From assembly GCA_965242965.1 (NCBI GenBank), contig OZ251518.1, forward strand, positions 2,464,001 to 2,528,000: 64,000 bases of DNA, in the 5' to 3' direction. Both the position numbers and the translations under genes were made by a program. Shown here one piece after another: positions 1-9,675 of the stretch. Within the stretch, counting starts at the first letter, position 1. Each line of letters begins with the position of its first letter. This stretch comes from Candidatus Poribacteria bacterium. GTDB taxonomy: Bacteria > Poribacteria > WGA-4E > WGA-3G. Under the pieces are notes generated by a model that was not told where the DNA came from, made no database searches, and saw nothing but the letters and a program-made list of their open reading frames with translations.

Positions 1-23
1 AACACATATCGTACCGATGGAGA

Positions 24-390
24 TCGCGGGGGACAGGCCCCCGCGCTACGGGCGGCGAAAATCTCCCTTTCATCGTAGGGCGAGGGCCTGTCCCTCGCCA
101 TTGTCCGCGCAACCCAACGATCGCGGGGGACAGGCCCCCGCGCTACGGGCGGCGAAAATCCCCCCTTCATCGTAGGGCGAGGGCCTGTCCCTCGCCATTG
201 TTCGTGCACTCCAACGCTCGCGGGGGACAGGCCCCCGCGCTACGGTTTGCCAGGCTGTCTCTCCTTCATCGTAGGGCGAGGGCCTGTCCCTCGCCATGCA
301 ACGATCGCGGGGGAAACCCGCTCGGATGCGCGGATGGCATCCGAGGGGGCCCGCGCTACGGGAACATCAAGACTGGGAGGGCTCTCCTAC
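24..390. repeat. Cluster of GTAG-type REP-like palindromes (BIME-like), including a ~99-bp tandem duplication
   Basis: Alternating CGCGGGGGACAGGCCCCCGCGCTAC and GTAGGGCGAGGGCCTGTCCCTCGCC hairpins; the unit at ~24-103 is repeated at ~122-202. Confidence 0.9.
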
Positions 391-415
391 GGGGAAAGGC
401 AGATCCGAACTTCAG

Positions 416-3412
416 TTACGATGGTAACCAAATACCAGCCATCTCTAATTTTAGTTGCTGCGTGGCTAGTGCCTTTGCATCAGCTTCAGCACTGCCGCCG
501 AGATTATACTTCTTGCGCTCGGCTTCGAGGTCGCAGGTTTCCTTCTTCGTTCCCGCGATTGTCGGCTCGGCGCACAGCATCTCACGCAGGCGTTGCATCT
601 CACGATGTGTTGACTCATCGGTGATGCCGAGCACTTCCGCCAGCAGGCGCGCATCCAGCACATGCCGCCATGCATCATCCGCAGACCGGTGATAAGGAAG
701 CATCCGCGCATCCTTCAACTCGGCGAATATCTCCTCCGCCTTCGCAAGCTGCTCATCGGTGAGTTGGCGCACGTCGAGGGTGACAACAGTAGCGATTGTC
801 GCCCACGTTAATTTGCCTCGGCCTGGAGTTTGTTTCGGTGCATGCATCCAATAACACATAAAACCGAGTGTGGAATTTGTCCACAGAGTCCATGCTGCCT
901 CATACTTGCGTTTGTGTAAGCACGCGTTCACTAACGTTGATGCACCAATCGAAGGCACTTCGGTAAAACTCGCTATCTGCGAATTCGCATTAAAACTAAG
1001 CAACCTGTGATAATGCGTGCGACTGTTACGGCTCAGAATCTTACGAGCCCTCTGCTCTTTACCAGGCTGCACCCGCGCATTGGCATTAATGGAAGTAGAC
1101 ATTGCACGTTGGGTTGTCCTATTAACCTTCCACAATGCAGGATAGAGCTCGCTTGATGTAGGCGCGCCTTCGCGCACTTGAAATGCACCATCTCCACGTG
1201 ATTCGTCTTTAATAGAACTGGCGTTGAAGCCTATCTTGCCGATATCCTCGTTTTGACAAATCGGGAGGAGTTGTGAATCCAACTGGCCGGGGAAATGCAG
1301 ACTGCCCTTGCTCAGCTGATAACCCATCTGAATTAAGGAGAATGCACGGATGTTGGCAGCTGCCCACTCATTTGCGTTGATGGGCGCATCCAGCACATGT
1401 CCCGCTAGATGTTCTCCGATACGGAGTTCATCACCTCCATGTGGCAAATCCTCCATCCGACGCGTCACACTTTTTTGTCGAATCTGATTCGCCAATGTTT
1501 GCGCGGCAAGGAGGCTATCGGGACGCTCCGTGAGACAGACAAACGTTGCCCTCCCTGTATTGGCACCAACCCCCTTCGTTGCAACTACCATGCACTCTCG
1601 CATACCTGTATCGTGGGAGAATGCGCTGTCGTAGCCGCTATTCTGTGCTATCGTCACCACGATCACATCGTGGTATTCTTCGGCGAGCATCCGACGGAGC
1701 TTCTTCGTTGCTGTTCCCATCAACGTCGTAGCTATTAGGATAAATCCCATCGTCCCACCGGTTTTCAACTTCCGGTCGCACATATCCACAAACCAAGATC
1801 CCAATCCGTTATTCCCACTCGCGATGCGGCCTGACTTTTTCTTAAGCTCTGCCTCCATGAGTTTCCTCTCTTCTTTGGAGCGATTTTTCGCCTTAAACGC
1901 CGCCTTCCCTTTACTAGTGTTGGGGTCGGCGTTTTTGGAGAATGGCGGGTTGATGATAATGATGTCCATCTCGCCATCGGGGAATTCGCGCTTGTAGTCA
2001 ACGGTTGCGATGTCGGCATCGCCGATAATCTTATCCGCCATCGTGCCGAGCGTCAGCAAATTGAGTTGTTGGGTATCCAACAATTCTAACGAACCCGTTA
2101 AGAAACCGCCCCCCTCTCGCTTGCCGTAGGGCGCGGTGATAACCCGTGTCGAGCCCAACGTCGTAGTAGGGTGCGTCGCGGCCATCGCCGTGAACGTGAG
2201 GTGCGTCGCGTGGGGATAGATGTCGGATGCAGCGAGATTGTTTTCTATCATTTCGCGGTGAATTTCCTGACTGCTCTTTCCAGTCTTCCGCTCGTAGAGC
2301 TGTTGAATGCGCTTGTAGACACCGTTCAGCAGCGCGCCAGTGCCGCAGGCGTAGTCTGCGACTTTGGGGAGGTTGTCAACATCGATGTCGGGACACACCA
2401 GAGACGATAGCAACGTCGCGCTTTCGGGACGCGTATAGTGCGCCTTCACGTTGTCTCGGTCCACCACCAAATCCTGAAAGAGTTCGCCGCCAATCTCGTG
2501 AACCTGCTGGAGATGGAAGTTACTGATATCGATGGCGGTATTCAGCAATCCCTTCAGCACGCGGCGCGCCATTGTCTCATCGTATTCTCGCAGGATTTTC
2601 ACGATGGCCACTGCGTCCTTGAAAATCGGGACATAGTTCACTTCCAAAATCCGCAGCCAATCGCGGATAATGTCATCATATCTTACCAGCTTGGTGGCAT
2701 CATCGTAATGCGCTAATCTGCGCACCTTTTTGAAACCTTCCTTGCCCGCCACTGCGTCTTGGAATATGAAGGCATCGATGACAAAGACACAAGCGGTTTT
2801 GCATGTCTCAACGTCGGCATCCTTGCCGATAATCTCCGCCAGCATATCGCCGAGTGCGGGACGTTCTTCAATTGAACGTGCGATGCGCTTTGAATAAGCG
2901 TCCATCCCCTTGCTATAAACCTTCGCGACTTCGCGGATTTTCTTCGTCGGCGATGCACCGATGTGCAAGGCGTTGGCGATGTCTCGGAGGGAGCCCTTCG
3001 CGTATCCCGACTTGGGGAAGTTCCCCTCGTCGTCCTCTGTCACCACGCAGTATTCAATTTCGTTGGTGTGCTCCAGCGCATGCTCCAACTCCGTGCTCGA
3101 GACCTTCTGCACCGATTCGGGGTATTTGATAACCATCCCCGCCACCAATGTCTCGGACACACGCTGGAAGTCGGGCTCCAACTCTAGTCCGAATCTCGCG
3201 CGGAGTTGTTCAACGCCGGCTTTGATGTCTTCGTCGTGCGATTTCGCCTCAATTGCGACTGTCTCGCGTCCTTGACGCATCGCCATGATGTCGGGTGTAA
3301 GCGTATTGCCGACGAAGGGTTTCTGCTGTCCCTCGAATGTCCAGCCGTGCGTCATCCCACTCAGAAGTTTTGTTACTTCGCGCGTTACCGTATCTTCGGT
3401 CTGTTTAATCAT
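416..3412 (-). CDS. Type IIG-like fused restriction endonuclease / N6-adenine DNA methyltransferase with C-terminal target-recognition region
   Basis: 998 aa; N-terminal PD-(D/E)xK-like 'TPDIMAM...VAIEAK'; SAM-binding motif I 'DYACGTG'; catalytic motif IV 'NPPF'; GGAG RBS. Confidence 0.8.
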   Translation of the reverse strand: MIKQTEDTVTREVTKLLSGMTHGWTFEGQQKPFVGNTLTPDIMAMRQGRETVAIEAKSHDEDIKAGVEQLRARFGLELEPDFQRVSETLVAGMVIKYPESVQKVSSTELEHALEHTNEIEYCVVTEDDEGNFPKSGYAKGSLRDIANALHIGASPTKKIREVAKVYSKGMDAYSKRIARSIEERPALGDMLAEIIGKDADVETCKTACVFVIDAFIFQDAVAGKEGFKKVRRLAHYDDATKLVRYDDIIRDWLRILEVNYVPIFKDAVAIVKILREYDETMARRVLKGLLNTAIDISNFHLQQVHEIGGELFQDLVVDRDNVKAHYTRPESATLLSSLVCPDIDVDNLPKVADYACGTGALLNGVYKRIQQLYERKTGKSSQEIHREMIENNLAASDIYPHATHLTFTAMAATHPTTTLGSTRVITAPYGKREGGGFLTGSLELLDTQQLNLLTLGTMADKIIGDADIATVDYKREFPDGEMDIIIINPPFSKNADPNTSKGKAAFKAKNRSKEERKLMEAELKKKSGRIASGNNGLGSWFVDMCDRKLKTGGTMGFILIATTLMGTATKKLRRMLAEEYHDVIVVTIAQNSGYDSAFSHDTGMRECMVVATKGVGANTGRATFVCLTERPDSLLAAQTLANQIRQKSVTRRMEDLPHGGDELRIGEHLAGHVLDAPINANEWAAANIRAFSLIQMGYQLSKGSLHFPGQLDSQLLPICQNEDIGKIGFNASSIKDESRGDGAFQVREGAPTSSELYPALWKVNRTTQRAMSTSINANARVQPGKEQRARKILSRNSRTHYHRLLSFNANSQIASFTEVPSIGASTLVNACLHKRKYEAAWTLWTNSTLGFMCYWMHAPKQTPGRGKLTWATIATVVTLDVRQLTDEQLAKAEEIFAELKDARMLPYHRSADDAWRHVLDARLLAEVLGITDESTHREMQRLREMLCAEPTIAGTKKETCDLEAERKKYNLGGSAEADAKALATQQLKLEMAGIWLPS

Positions 3413-3461
3413 TTTTTAGTTCTCCTTTTGTGTTTTGTGACTCTGATCCTGTTTCTATCCC

Positions 3462-3880
3462 CGTAGGAGAGCCCTCCTGGTCTCGATGCCTTTCCTGCGC
3501 CAGCGTTTTGCTGCCAGATTTCCTCACCTCTGTAGGTCAGGATCGCCTGATCCTGACCTGTTTGTGATCAGGCGATCACAAACTACAGTGGTAGGGGCGC
3601 GAAGCGAGCACAAACGACAGAAAGCACGAAACCCCTCCCTTCACCGTAGGGCGAGGGCCTGTCCCTCGCCATCGTCCGCGCGCCAGGCCCTGTAGGTCAG
3701 GATCGCCTGATCCTGACCTGTTTGTGATCAGGCGATCACAAACTACAGAAGAGGAAACACACATCGGGACGATGGAGCTCGCGGGTTTCCCTCGCCATCG
3801 CTCGTGCAATCCAACGATCGCGGGGGACAGGCCCCCGCGCTACGGGAAAATCGTGACCAGGAGGTCTCTCCTACCGGGAT
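3462..3880. repeat. REP-like palindrome cluster containing several GTAG families
   Basis: Two copies of CTGTAGGTCAGGATCGCCTGATCCTGACCTGTTTGTGATCAGGCGATCACAAACTACAG (~3530 and ~3690), plus the GTAGGGCGAGGG and CCCCCGCGCTAC hairpins. Confidence 0.88.
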
Positions 3881-3899
3881 GTTCGGTAGGGGGAGTAGG

Positions 3900-4304
3900 T
3901 TAGGCGGTGCTGGCGATGTATGCCTCCAACTCTTCGCGCAAGTGCGGCATGATTGCCTCGCCGGTGGTGAGGGCGACGGTATCCGTCACAACGCCCCAGC
4001 CGTGTTGAATGGCGATTTCCCAGGCATCATCGCCGTCCCGGTAACGATAGACGTTGTTTTCGTCGTGCTGTTCTTCCCAAGCCTTCTCGCTATCCTCGCC
4101 GTTCGTTTCGGCTTCTTGGATGACCTCCTCAAAATGCGCGTAAATCTCGCCGGAGATGTCTTTTGCGAGTTCGTTGCTCAGGTAGTCGATGTCGTCATCG
4201 CCGTAGTTGCTGATGCCGCGGGCGAAGAATTCGTCGCCGCATTTGAATTCAGTTTTGCAACTGAATAATCCGTCGTGGCCTTCCAGATTCACTACATATT
4301 TCAT
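3900..4304 (-). CDS. Small, highly acidic hypothetical protein (134 aa)
   Basis: ATG at 4304 with GGAGA RBS; about 32 D/E versus 9 K/R by manual count; lies directly downstream of the CRISPR trailer repeat. Confidence 0.7.
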   Translation of the reverse strand: MKYVVNLEGHDGLFSCKTEFKCGDEFFARGISNYGDDDIDYLSNELAKDISGEIYAHFEEVIQEAETNGEDSEKAWEEQHDENNVYRYRDGDDAWEIAIQHGWGVVTDTVALTTGEAIMPHLREELEAYIASTA

Positions 4305-4369
4305 TGTCAATTTCTCCTTTTTTTTCAGGTTTTGCGGTTTGCGTTTTGCTGCCGTGTTGTGAGTAAGAG

Positions 4370-5847
4370 GTTTCTATTCCCTTCAAGCGGGAAGGCGTTT
4401 CTGAACTCGAGGCAGCTTGGGTGCTCGGGCAACCGAAGCAACGCGGGTTTCTATTCCCTTCAAGCGGGAAGGCGTTTCCGAACTCGGCAGGGTATGCGTG
4501 ATGAGATTCGTATGATTCACGAGTTTCTATTCCCTTCAAGCGGAAAGGCGTTTCCAAACTAGTCGAAGCCTTAAAACCTCACCGAGACTATATTGAATCG
4601 TTTCTATTCCCTTCAAGCGGGAAGGCGTTTCCGAACGGTACATGACCCAATACTTCGGTTGGGGTCCTCAGGATCCGTTTCTATTCCCTTCAAACGGGAC
4701 GGCGTTTCCAAACCCAGCGAGGTGTGGTTGAACATTCACTCAGACGAATGGTTTCTATTCCCTTCAAACGGGAAGGCGTTTCCAAACGACCGCCCGGCAC
4801 CGATTACGATGGACATCCAAGCTGTTTCTATTCCCTTCAAACGGGACGGCGTTTCCAAACTGACAGACTTGTTAGAGGTGTTCCATGAAAAACTTTTCGG
4901 GTTTCTATTCCCTTCAAGCGGGACGGCGTTTCCGAACGACAGCGGGTATACGAGATCCACAGGGACTCGGGGACACTGGTTTCTATTCCCTTCAAACGGG
5001 ACGGCGTTTCCAAACGGTAGGTACGGATTATGTTTATTCCCGCTACTTGGATGCGTTTCTATTCCCTTCAAACGGGACGGCGTTTCCAAACTCGTAAAAA
5101 AAATGATATTTCACTTGACTTTGGGGTCTGAGTTTCTATTCCCTTCAAACGGGACGGCGTTTCCAAACAATCCAGCAGTTTCTCACTGACAACATCGGTT
5201 TCGAAGGTTTCTATTCCCTTCAAACGGGACGGCGTTTCCAAACGATATTGCGAACGCAATCTGGAATGCCCTCGAAGACGAGTATGTTTCTATTCCCTTC
5301 AAACGGGACGGCGTTTCCAAACCGAGCTCGAACCGAGTGCCTACTACAGCGACTACGATGTGTTTCTATTCCCTTCAAACGGGACGGCGTTTCCAAACGA
5401 GCGTTGGATGCTGAAGCGTGCGTCTTGGGACGAGTTTCTATTCCCTTCAAACGGGACGGCGTTTCCGAACCACCATGCGTAAGGATCCCAACGTCTTCGG
5501 CACAGTCTAGTTTCTATTCCCTTCAACCGGGAAGGCGTTTCCAAACGAGACTGAGTCCCCGCTACAAGGCCGTCATCCAACTCAAGTTTCTATTCCCTTC
5601 AACCGGGACGGCGTTTCCAAACGACAGGATTGTCGAGGCATTGCAATCGGCAAAAAAGTAAAGTTTCTATTCCCTTCAACCGGGAAGGCGTTTCCTAACA
5701 CATGAACCCTTCGCAATGTGAAGTGTGTTTATGATGTTTCTATTCCCTTCAACCGGGAAGGCGTTTCCTAACTTTACACCCAGTCATGCGTCTGATTACT
5801 ATCCCGGAGAGTTTCTATTCCCTTCAACCGGGAAGGCGTTTCCAAAC
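4370..5847 (-). CRISPR. CRISPR array, 20 repeats of 37 bp and 19 spacers of 35-42 bp, type III-associated
   Basis: Minus-strand consensus GTTTGGAAACGCCGTCCCGTTTGAAGGGAATAGAAAC with a TCCC/GGGA stem and an ATAGAAAC 3' end; repeats start at 4370, 4447, 4523 ... 5736, 5811; leader and promoter on the right side. Confidence 0.98.
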
Positions 5848-5978
5848 CGCTATGCTTTTGAACCCCTCTGTGCGTAGTTCTCAAAAGCCCAGATCCAAAC
5901 GCGATTCAAATCGGGCGTTTTTTCGGGCGCAGGTTCTGCCCAAAAATGCAAGAACCCTTGTCCTCTCTTTCGTTATTA

Positions 5979-6007
5979 ATGATACCATAAATGAACGGAA
6001 ATGTCAA
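5979..6007 (-). promoter_or_regulatory. Sigma70-type promoter in the CRISPR leader
   Basis: Minus strand TTGACA-17 bp-TATCAT with a TGn extension, about 130 bp upstream of the first repeat. Confidence 0.75.
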
Positions 6008-6076
6008 GTTTTTTCAATTTTTCAGCAGCGTGAAGGAAAATTCCTCTCCCCGAAATGAACCTATCCTTTGCTGTTG

Positions 6077-6699
6077 TTAGCAGATGCGATACTGCCCGAA
6101 CCCAAATGCCGTGTGATGCCCGATGTGGAGATATTCTCCCAAGAAAATCAGCGGCAGAAACGGGGACAACTCTCCCGCAAACCGAACTTTCCCAACGAAC
6201 CCACCCATCGGGACAACACTTTTTGTCCGGAAAGACCGGCGTTCCTTCCGCACCCATTGCAAGTGCGAGGTATGCGTGACTGCCCGCGCCGCCTTCAGCA
6301 AGGCATGTGCATCCACACCCAGGTCTTCGCCACAATGGAAGTAGCTCAAGAATCGGATGCGTCGGAGGAGATTGCGGATGAGCAGTTCAAACGTCACGTC
6401 GCGCATCCAGCGTCCCTCCACTTTGAGGCTCGTCGGTGTTCGGAAATCGAGTGTAAGCGTGTCGGTGACGTGCGGCGCGCCGCGTAGCACATCGTCAAGG
6501 CGGAGAAGCCTGCCTGCTCCCATTAGCCTCTCGGTTTGGGAGGTATAAATAGTTTCGGGGGGCTCGGTGCCTCGCGCGGGGAGACTCTCGATGGTGTTGA
6601 GTTCACACTTACCGCGCTGGCCGCTGAGCCCGATGCGGCGTTTGCCGATTTCACGGTATAGGTGAAGCGGTATCGGGCAAATTGGAAGTTGTGGAGCAT
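6077..6699 (-). pseudogene. cas6: cas6 with an internal deletion and frameshift
   Basis: 'MLHNFQFARYRFTYTV' starts at 6699 just after the CARF gene stop; a different frame then continues 'EIGKRRIGLSGQRGKCEL...' to the Cas6 G-rich loop 'GEYLHIGHHTAFGFGQY'; the joined length is only about 207 aa. Confidence 0.8.
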
Positions 6700-6701
6700 G
6701 G

Positions 6702-8243
6702 CTAATCCCAACAGAGTTCGTGCAGTTCCAGCAGTACCTCGAAAGGTAAGCCGTTTTCGGAGCAATAGCTGCGTGAGAAGTTCTCGAGGAACTTCCGCGC
6801 TAACATTTGCAGTTTCTCGGCATCTTCCTTCGTTTTTTCCTGATTCATACCACTGTTAAAGTGTATGAAATCATTTCGAGGAACGATACTCCGGGTTATG
6901 TCTTTAACACACTCGTAGCCGAAGTCAGTCACTTTCCACTGTTCCTCAGCGGCCGGAATCTCGTAGAATTGGCTATTTTCTCGATAGAGTGTGCTTCCGA
7001 ACAAAAGTTTAATTAGCGGCGAGAGCCGCCATGGTTTGTCAGGGCATATAGATTCGCATGCCCTTGAACCGTGGCGTAAATGTCCATCTTCCGCGATTTG
7101 ATAAATTCTGTAGTTACAGAGGATTTCAACAACCTGCGTGAAGCGAACAATGGCGTCATCAAGTTTGCCGCTCTGTTTCCGCCTGATGGCATTCTGGTAG
7201 CGATCTACGGCATAGTGGATAACGCGCGTGTCATCCTCAAAAAGCGTGTGCTTATCGCAGACCTTGCTCAAAATGTCAAGGACATCAATTGAGCGATAGA
7301 CATGCTTTTCGTCGTATCCCCATGTCCCTTTGAAATCCCCCGATGCTTCGTAGTCAAAGGCATCCCAAAGGCGGTAGCAGTTTGCCATTTCAAGACTCTC
7401 TTGAACTGCTTCCAGCTCTGCGTCTAAGCCGTATCGCTTTGCATGGGCATCAAGCTTCTTCTTGACATATCCCCACAATTCCGCTGCCACTTCATAATTG
7501 TGTTCGTCAAAAAAAGCCTCAGCCTTATGGCGAGTTTGCCAGTTGTAGATGTCGAAAGGGTTTTCAAGTTGACTCAAGAATTCGGTCCCGGGCTCCGGGG
7601 CATGGCGACGGGAATCGTATGTTTCGGCATCAACGTAAAACATGTCGCACGCTGAGGACGTAAGGTTTGCGCCGACTAAAATTGTGCATGCAGTGAACCC
7701 GCCGCTAATCATTGTTTTCTTTCCGCCGGTGAGGTCTAGCGCGATGCGTTTGTCCAAATCCACGCGACCAACAATTTCCTTAATCCGTTTGAAGGTTTCA
7801 ACCGGATCGGACGAATCCGCTAATTCCACTGCAAAATCCGATTGAAATTTCGGCTTCTCGCCAATTGCATTTTTGACGCGAGTCCTCAAATCGGATTCTG
7901 GTAGCATGACTGCGATTCTATCCGCTATCTCGCCGAGCATCGGGAGGGTGTCGCGTGAATAGAGGAAGTAAATCTGCACGCGCGGCTGAATTTCCGCGAG
8001 GCTGAGAACAATGGGGATGCTCCTGAACCCCACGAGAAAAATGCCGACATCGTAGCAAAAGTCTGAGGGAAGCAGTCCCTGTCCTCGCCGTTCTTCGTTA
8101 CGAGCGTGGAAAACGTCCCAATAGGATGGCAGGATAGGATACAGCAACTTTTCCTCAAGTTGCTGTGGTGCTTCACCGGATGAGCGTCGCCTTTCATAGT
8201 CGCGCATTTTCTTTTTAATCTCGTTCTGATTAATGTCTACCAT
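6702..8243 (-). CDS. CARF-HEPN ancillary ribonuclease (Csm6/Csx1-like, resembling the TIGR02710 family)
   Basis: 513 aa; CARF motifs 'LVGFRSIPIVLS' and 'DLTGGKKTM'; 'LENP'; 'NAIRR...DDAIVR'; HEPN R-x4-H motif 'RNDFIH'; located inside the csm operon. Confidence 0.85.
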   Translation of the reverse strand: MVDINQNEIKKKMRDYERRRSSGEAPQQLEEKLLYPILPSYWDVFHARNEERRGQGLLPSDFCYDVGIFLVGFRSIPIVLSLAEIQPRVQIYFLYSRDTLPMLGEIADRIAVMLPESDLRTRVKNAIGEKPKFQSDFAVELADSSDPVETFKRIKEIVGRVDLDKRIALDLTGGKKTMISGGFTACTILVGANLTSSACDMFYVDAETYDSRRHAPEPGTEFLSQLENPFDIYNWQTRHKAEAFFDEHNYEVAAELWGYVKKKLDAHAKRYGLDAELEAVQESLEMANCYRLWDAFDYEASGDFKGTWGYDEKHVYRSIDVLDILSKVCDKHTLFEDDTRVIHYAVDRYQNAIRRKQSGKLDDAIVRFTQVVEILCNYRIYQIAEDGHLRHGSRACESICPDKPWRLSPLIKLLFGSTLYRENSQFYEIPAAEEQWKVTDFGYECVKDITRSIVPRNDFIHFNSGMNQEKTKEDAEKLQMLARKFLENFSRSYCSENGLPFEVLLELHELCWD

Positions 8244-8244
8244 G

Positions 8245-9675
8245 CTAGCCTCCGTGTGTGTGAAAAAGTTCGATCCAGCCCAACGGATAGGCGGGTTGTC
8301 CTGCCTCTAAAACGAACCGGCGGGATTTCGGTGCAGGTTTCGGACGCTTGTGCAGTCCTCTGGAAACGACTTCATTCCGCAAGTCAACTCGCGTTTGTTC
8401 ATCCAGCAAGAGCGCGACGGTGGTGCCGAGCATCCCGGTTCCCCATCCGACGCGGAGTGTTGCGCGTTTCTTCTGCGCATCGTCAGCGTAAAGTGCCTTG
8501 ACTCTGTCAAGGGTAAGGCTTCCGCTGCTTGCGTAGGTTGCGAGGAACTGCCGTTCGGCTTCCCACTGTGCTTGTGCGAAATTCTGACAGAGTTCCATCA
8601 AAGACCCGAGGTCTGAAAACGGCAGCTTCGCCCCTGCTCTGTTGAAACTCTCCAAGATACCGCGGTCAATGGAGATTTCGATAGCCGTTTCGCCGCGAAA
8701 GCATTCAAACCGTGTCTTGTCCCCTACGTTTTTCTTAACAACCTGATTGCCGGACAGCGTCGTGAAGAGAACGTCCTCAAAGCCTATTCTAGAGAAAAGC
8801 GGCGGTTCATCAACCTTCGTATAGGTTGCCAAAACCTGCGCGTCATCCCGCTCCTCAAATGTATGCATCTCCAGCCACTCCCCTTTTTTAAGGTTTGTCA
8901 CAATCTTGTCAAGCGGAAGGTGAATTTCACGTCCATCTGGGGTTTGCAGTGTTGCCCCGCGCGAACTCGGGGATGTGACGGTTTCCGCAAATCGGGTGGC
9001 ATCAAGTGAGCTCTCTTCGACGATGGCATCTTTGACTTTGACGGACTTGAAAATATCTGTGAAGGGGCCTCTGGGTTCTTGCTTCCGCTGCGTATTTCGG
9101 GCCTCTCCTCGCGGATGGACGGATTGGAATGCATCCCCCAGAAGTTGACGAGCGAAGCGTTCACTGAAGTGCCTTTTTCCACGTGTATCGCGCTTTTGAT
9201 ATGCCGCCATTTGCTTCGCGACATAAGCGTCCAAATCAAGGGTTCCTGCCGCAATCCGCTGCGTGAGGATATGGTAAAACACAGCGGTTTTGATTGCCCC
9301 CTTAATGCTGCTCCCAGGGACAAAATGCTGGTTGAGCCCGGATTGCATAAACCTATTGCCCGCCGGCAGCCGGACAATGCCTTTGGAAATCTTCGCTATG
9401 TTGGATTTGTAGTCGTAGCCGATTTGCTTGAGAACCTGGTCGATCCGAGTCTTTGCGTTCGGGTTGCTAAATGTTTTCGTATAGATTTCAACAGCCTTAA
9501 GCCCTTTCCACGCAAAAATCTCGGCTTGGAGTTTGGGCGTATCAACAATATGTAAGAAATTGTCTGTCGGCTCTAGGCGTATAAAGCCTTGGCCGTAAAC
9601 CTCGGGGGTACCGGCTTGAATGTGAATTGGCGAGAGCGTTGAGAGGCGGTAAACGCCCGTTTCAAGATATGTCAT
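8245..9675 (-). CDS. csm5: Type III-A RAMP protein Csm5 with an internal insertion
   Basis: 'LSTLSPIHI', 'VPGSSIKGAIKTA', G-rich loop 'LRVGWGTGMLGTT', terminal 'PLGWIEL'; likely start ATG 9675 overlapping csm4. Confidence 0.9.
   Translation of the reverse strand: MTYLETGVYRLSTLSPIHIQAGTPEVYGQGFIRLEPTDNFLHIVDTPKLQAEIFAWKGLKAVEIYTKTFSNPNAKTRIDQVLKQIGYDYKSNIAKISKGIVRLPAGNRFMQSGLNQHFVPGSSIKGAIKTAVFYHILTQRIAAGTLDLDAYVAKQMAAYQKRDTRGKRHFSERFARQLLGDAFQSVHPRGEARNTQRKQEPRGPFTDIFKSVKVKDAIVEESSLDATRFAETVTSPSSRGATLQTPDGREIHLPLDKIVTNLKKGEWLEMHTFEERDDAQVLATYTKVDEPPLFSRIGFEDVLFTTLSGNQVVKKNVGDKTRFECFRGETAIEISIDRGILESFNRAGAKLPFSDLGSLMELCQNFAQAQWEAERQFLATYASSGSLTLDRVKALYADDAQKKRATLRVGWGTGMLGTTVALLLDEQTRVDLRNEVVSRGLHKRPKPAPKSRRFVLEAGQPAYPLGWIELFHTHGG

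Noticed and set aside
70-297. 'MARDRPSPY / VARGPVPR' ORFs here and at ~25123, 25754, 29011, 42946 and 43088
   Set aside because: These are translations of REP palindromes, not genes. The same repeats falsely extend the N-termini of the ORFs at 20071, 25189 and 28995.
4788-4823. Spacer 6 partly matches both Uma2 genes (CCGGCACCgATtACGATG, 16 of 18 nt, PAPITM)
   Set aside because: Only half of the 36-nt spacer aligns and the flanks do not, so it is too weak to call self-targeting.
4249-5661. ORFs with repeated 'ETPSRLKGIET / FLFPSNG' peptides
   Set aside because: Translations of CRISPR repeats.
6640-6660. Programmed frameshift as an explanation for the split cas6
   Set aside because: There is no canonical slippery heptamer, and the product would still lack about a third of Cas6; a deletion is simpler.
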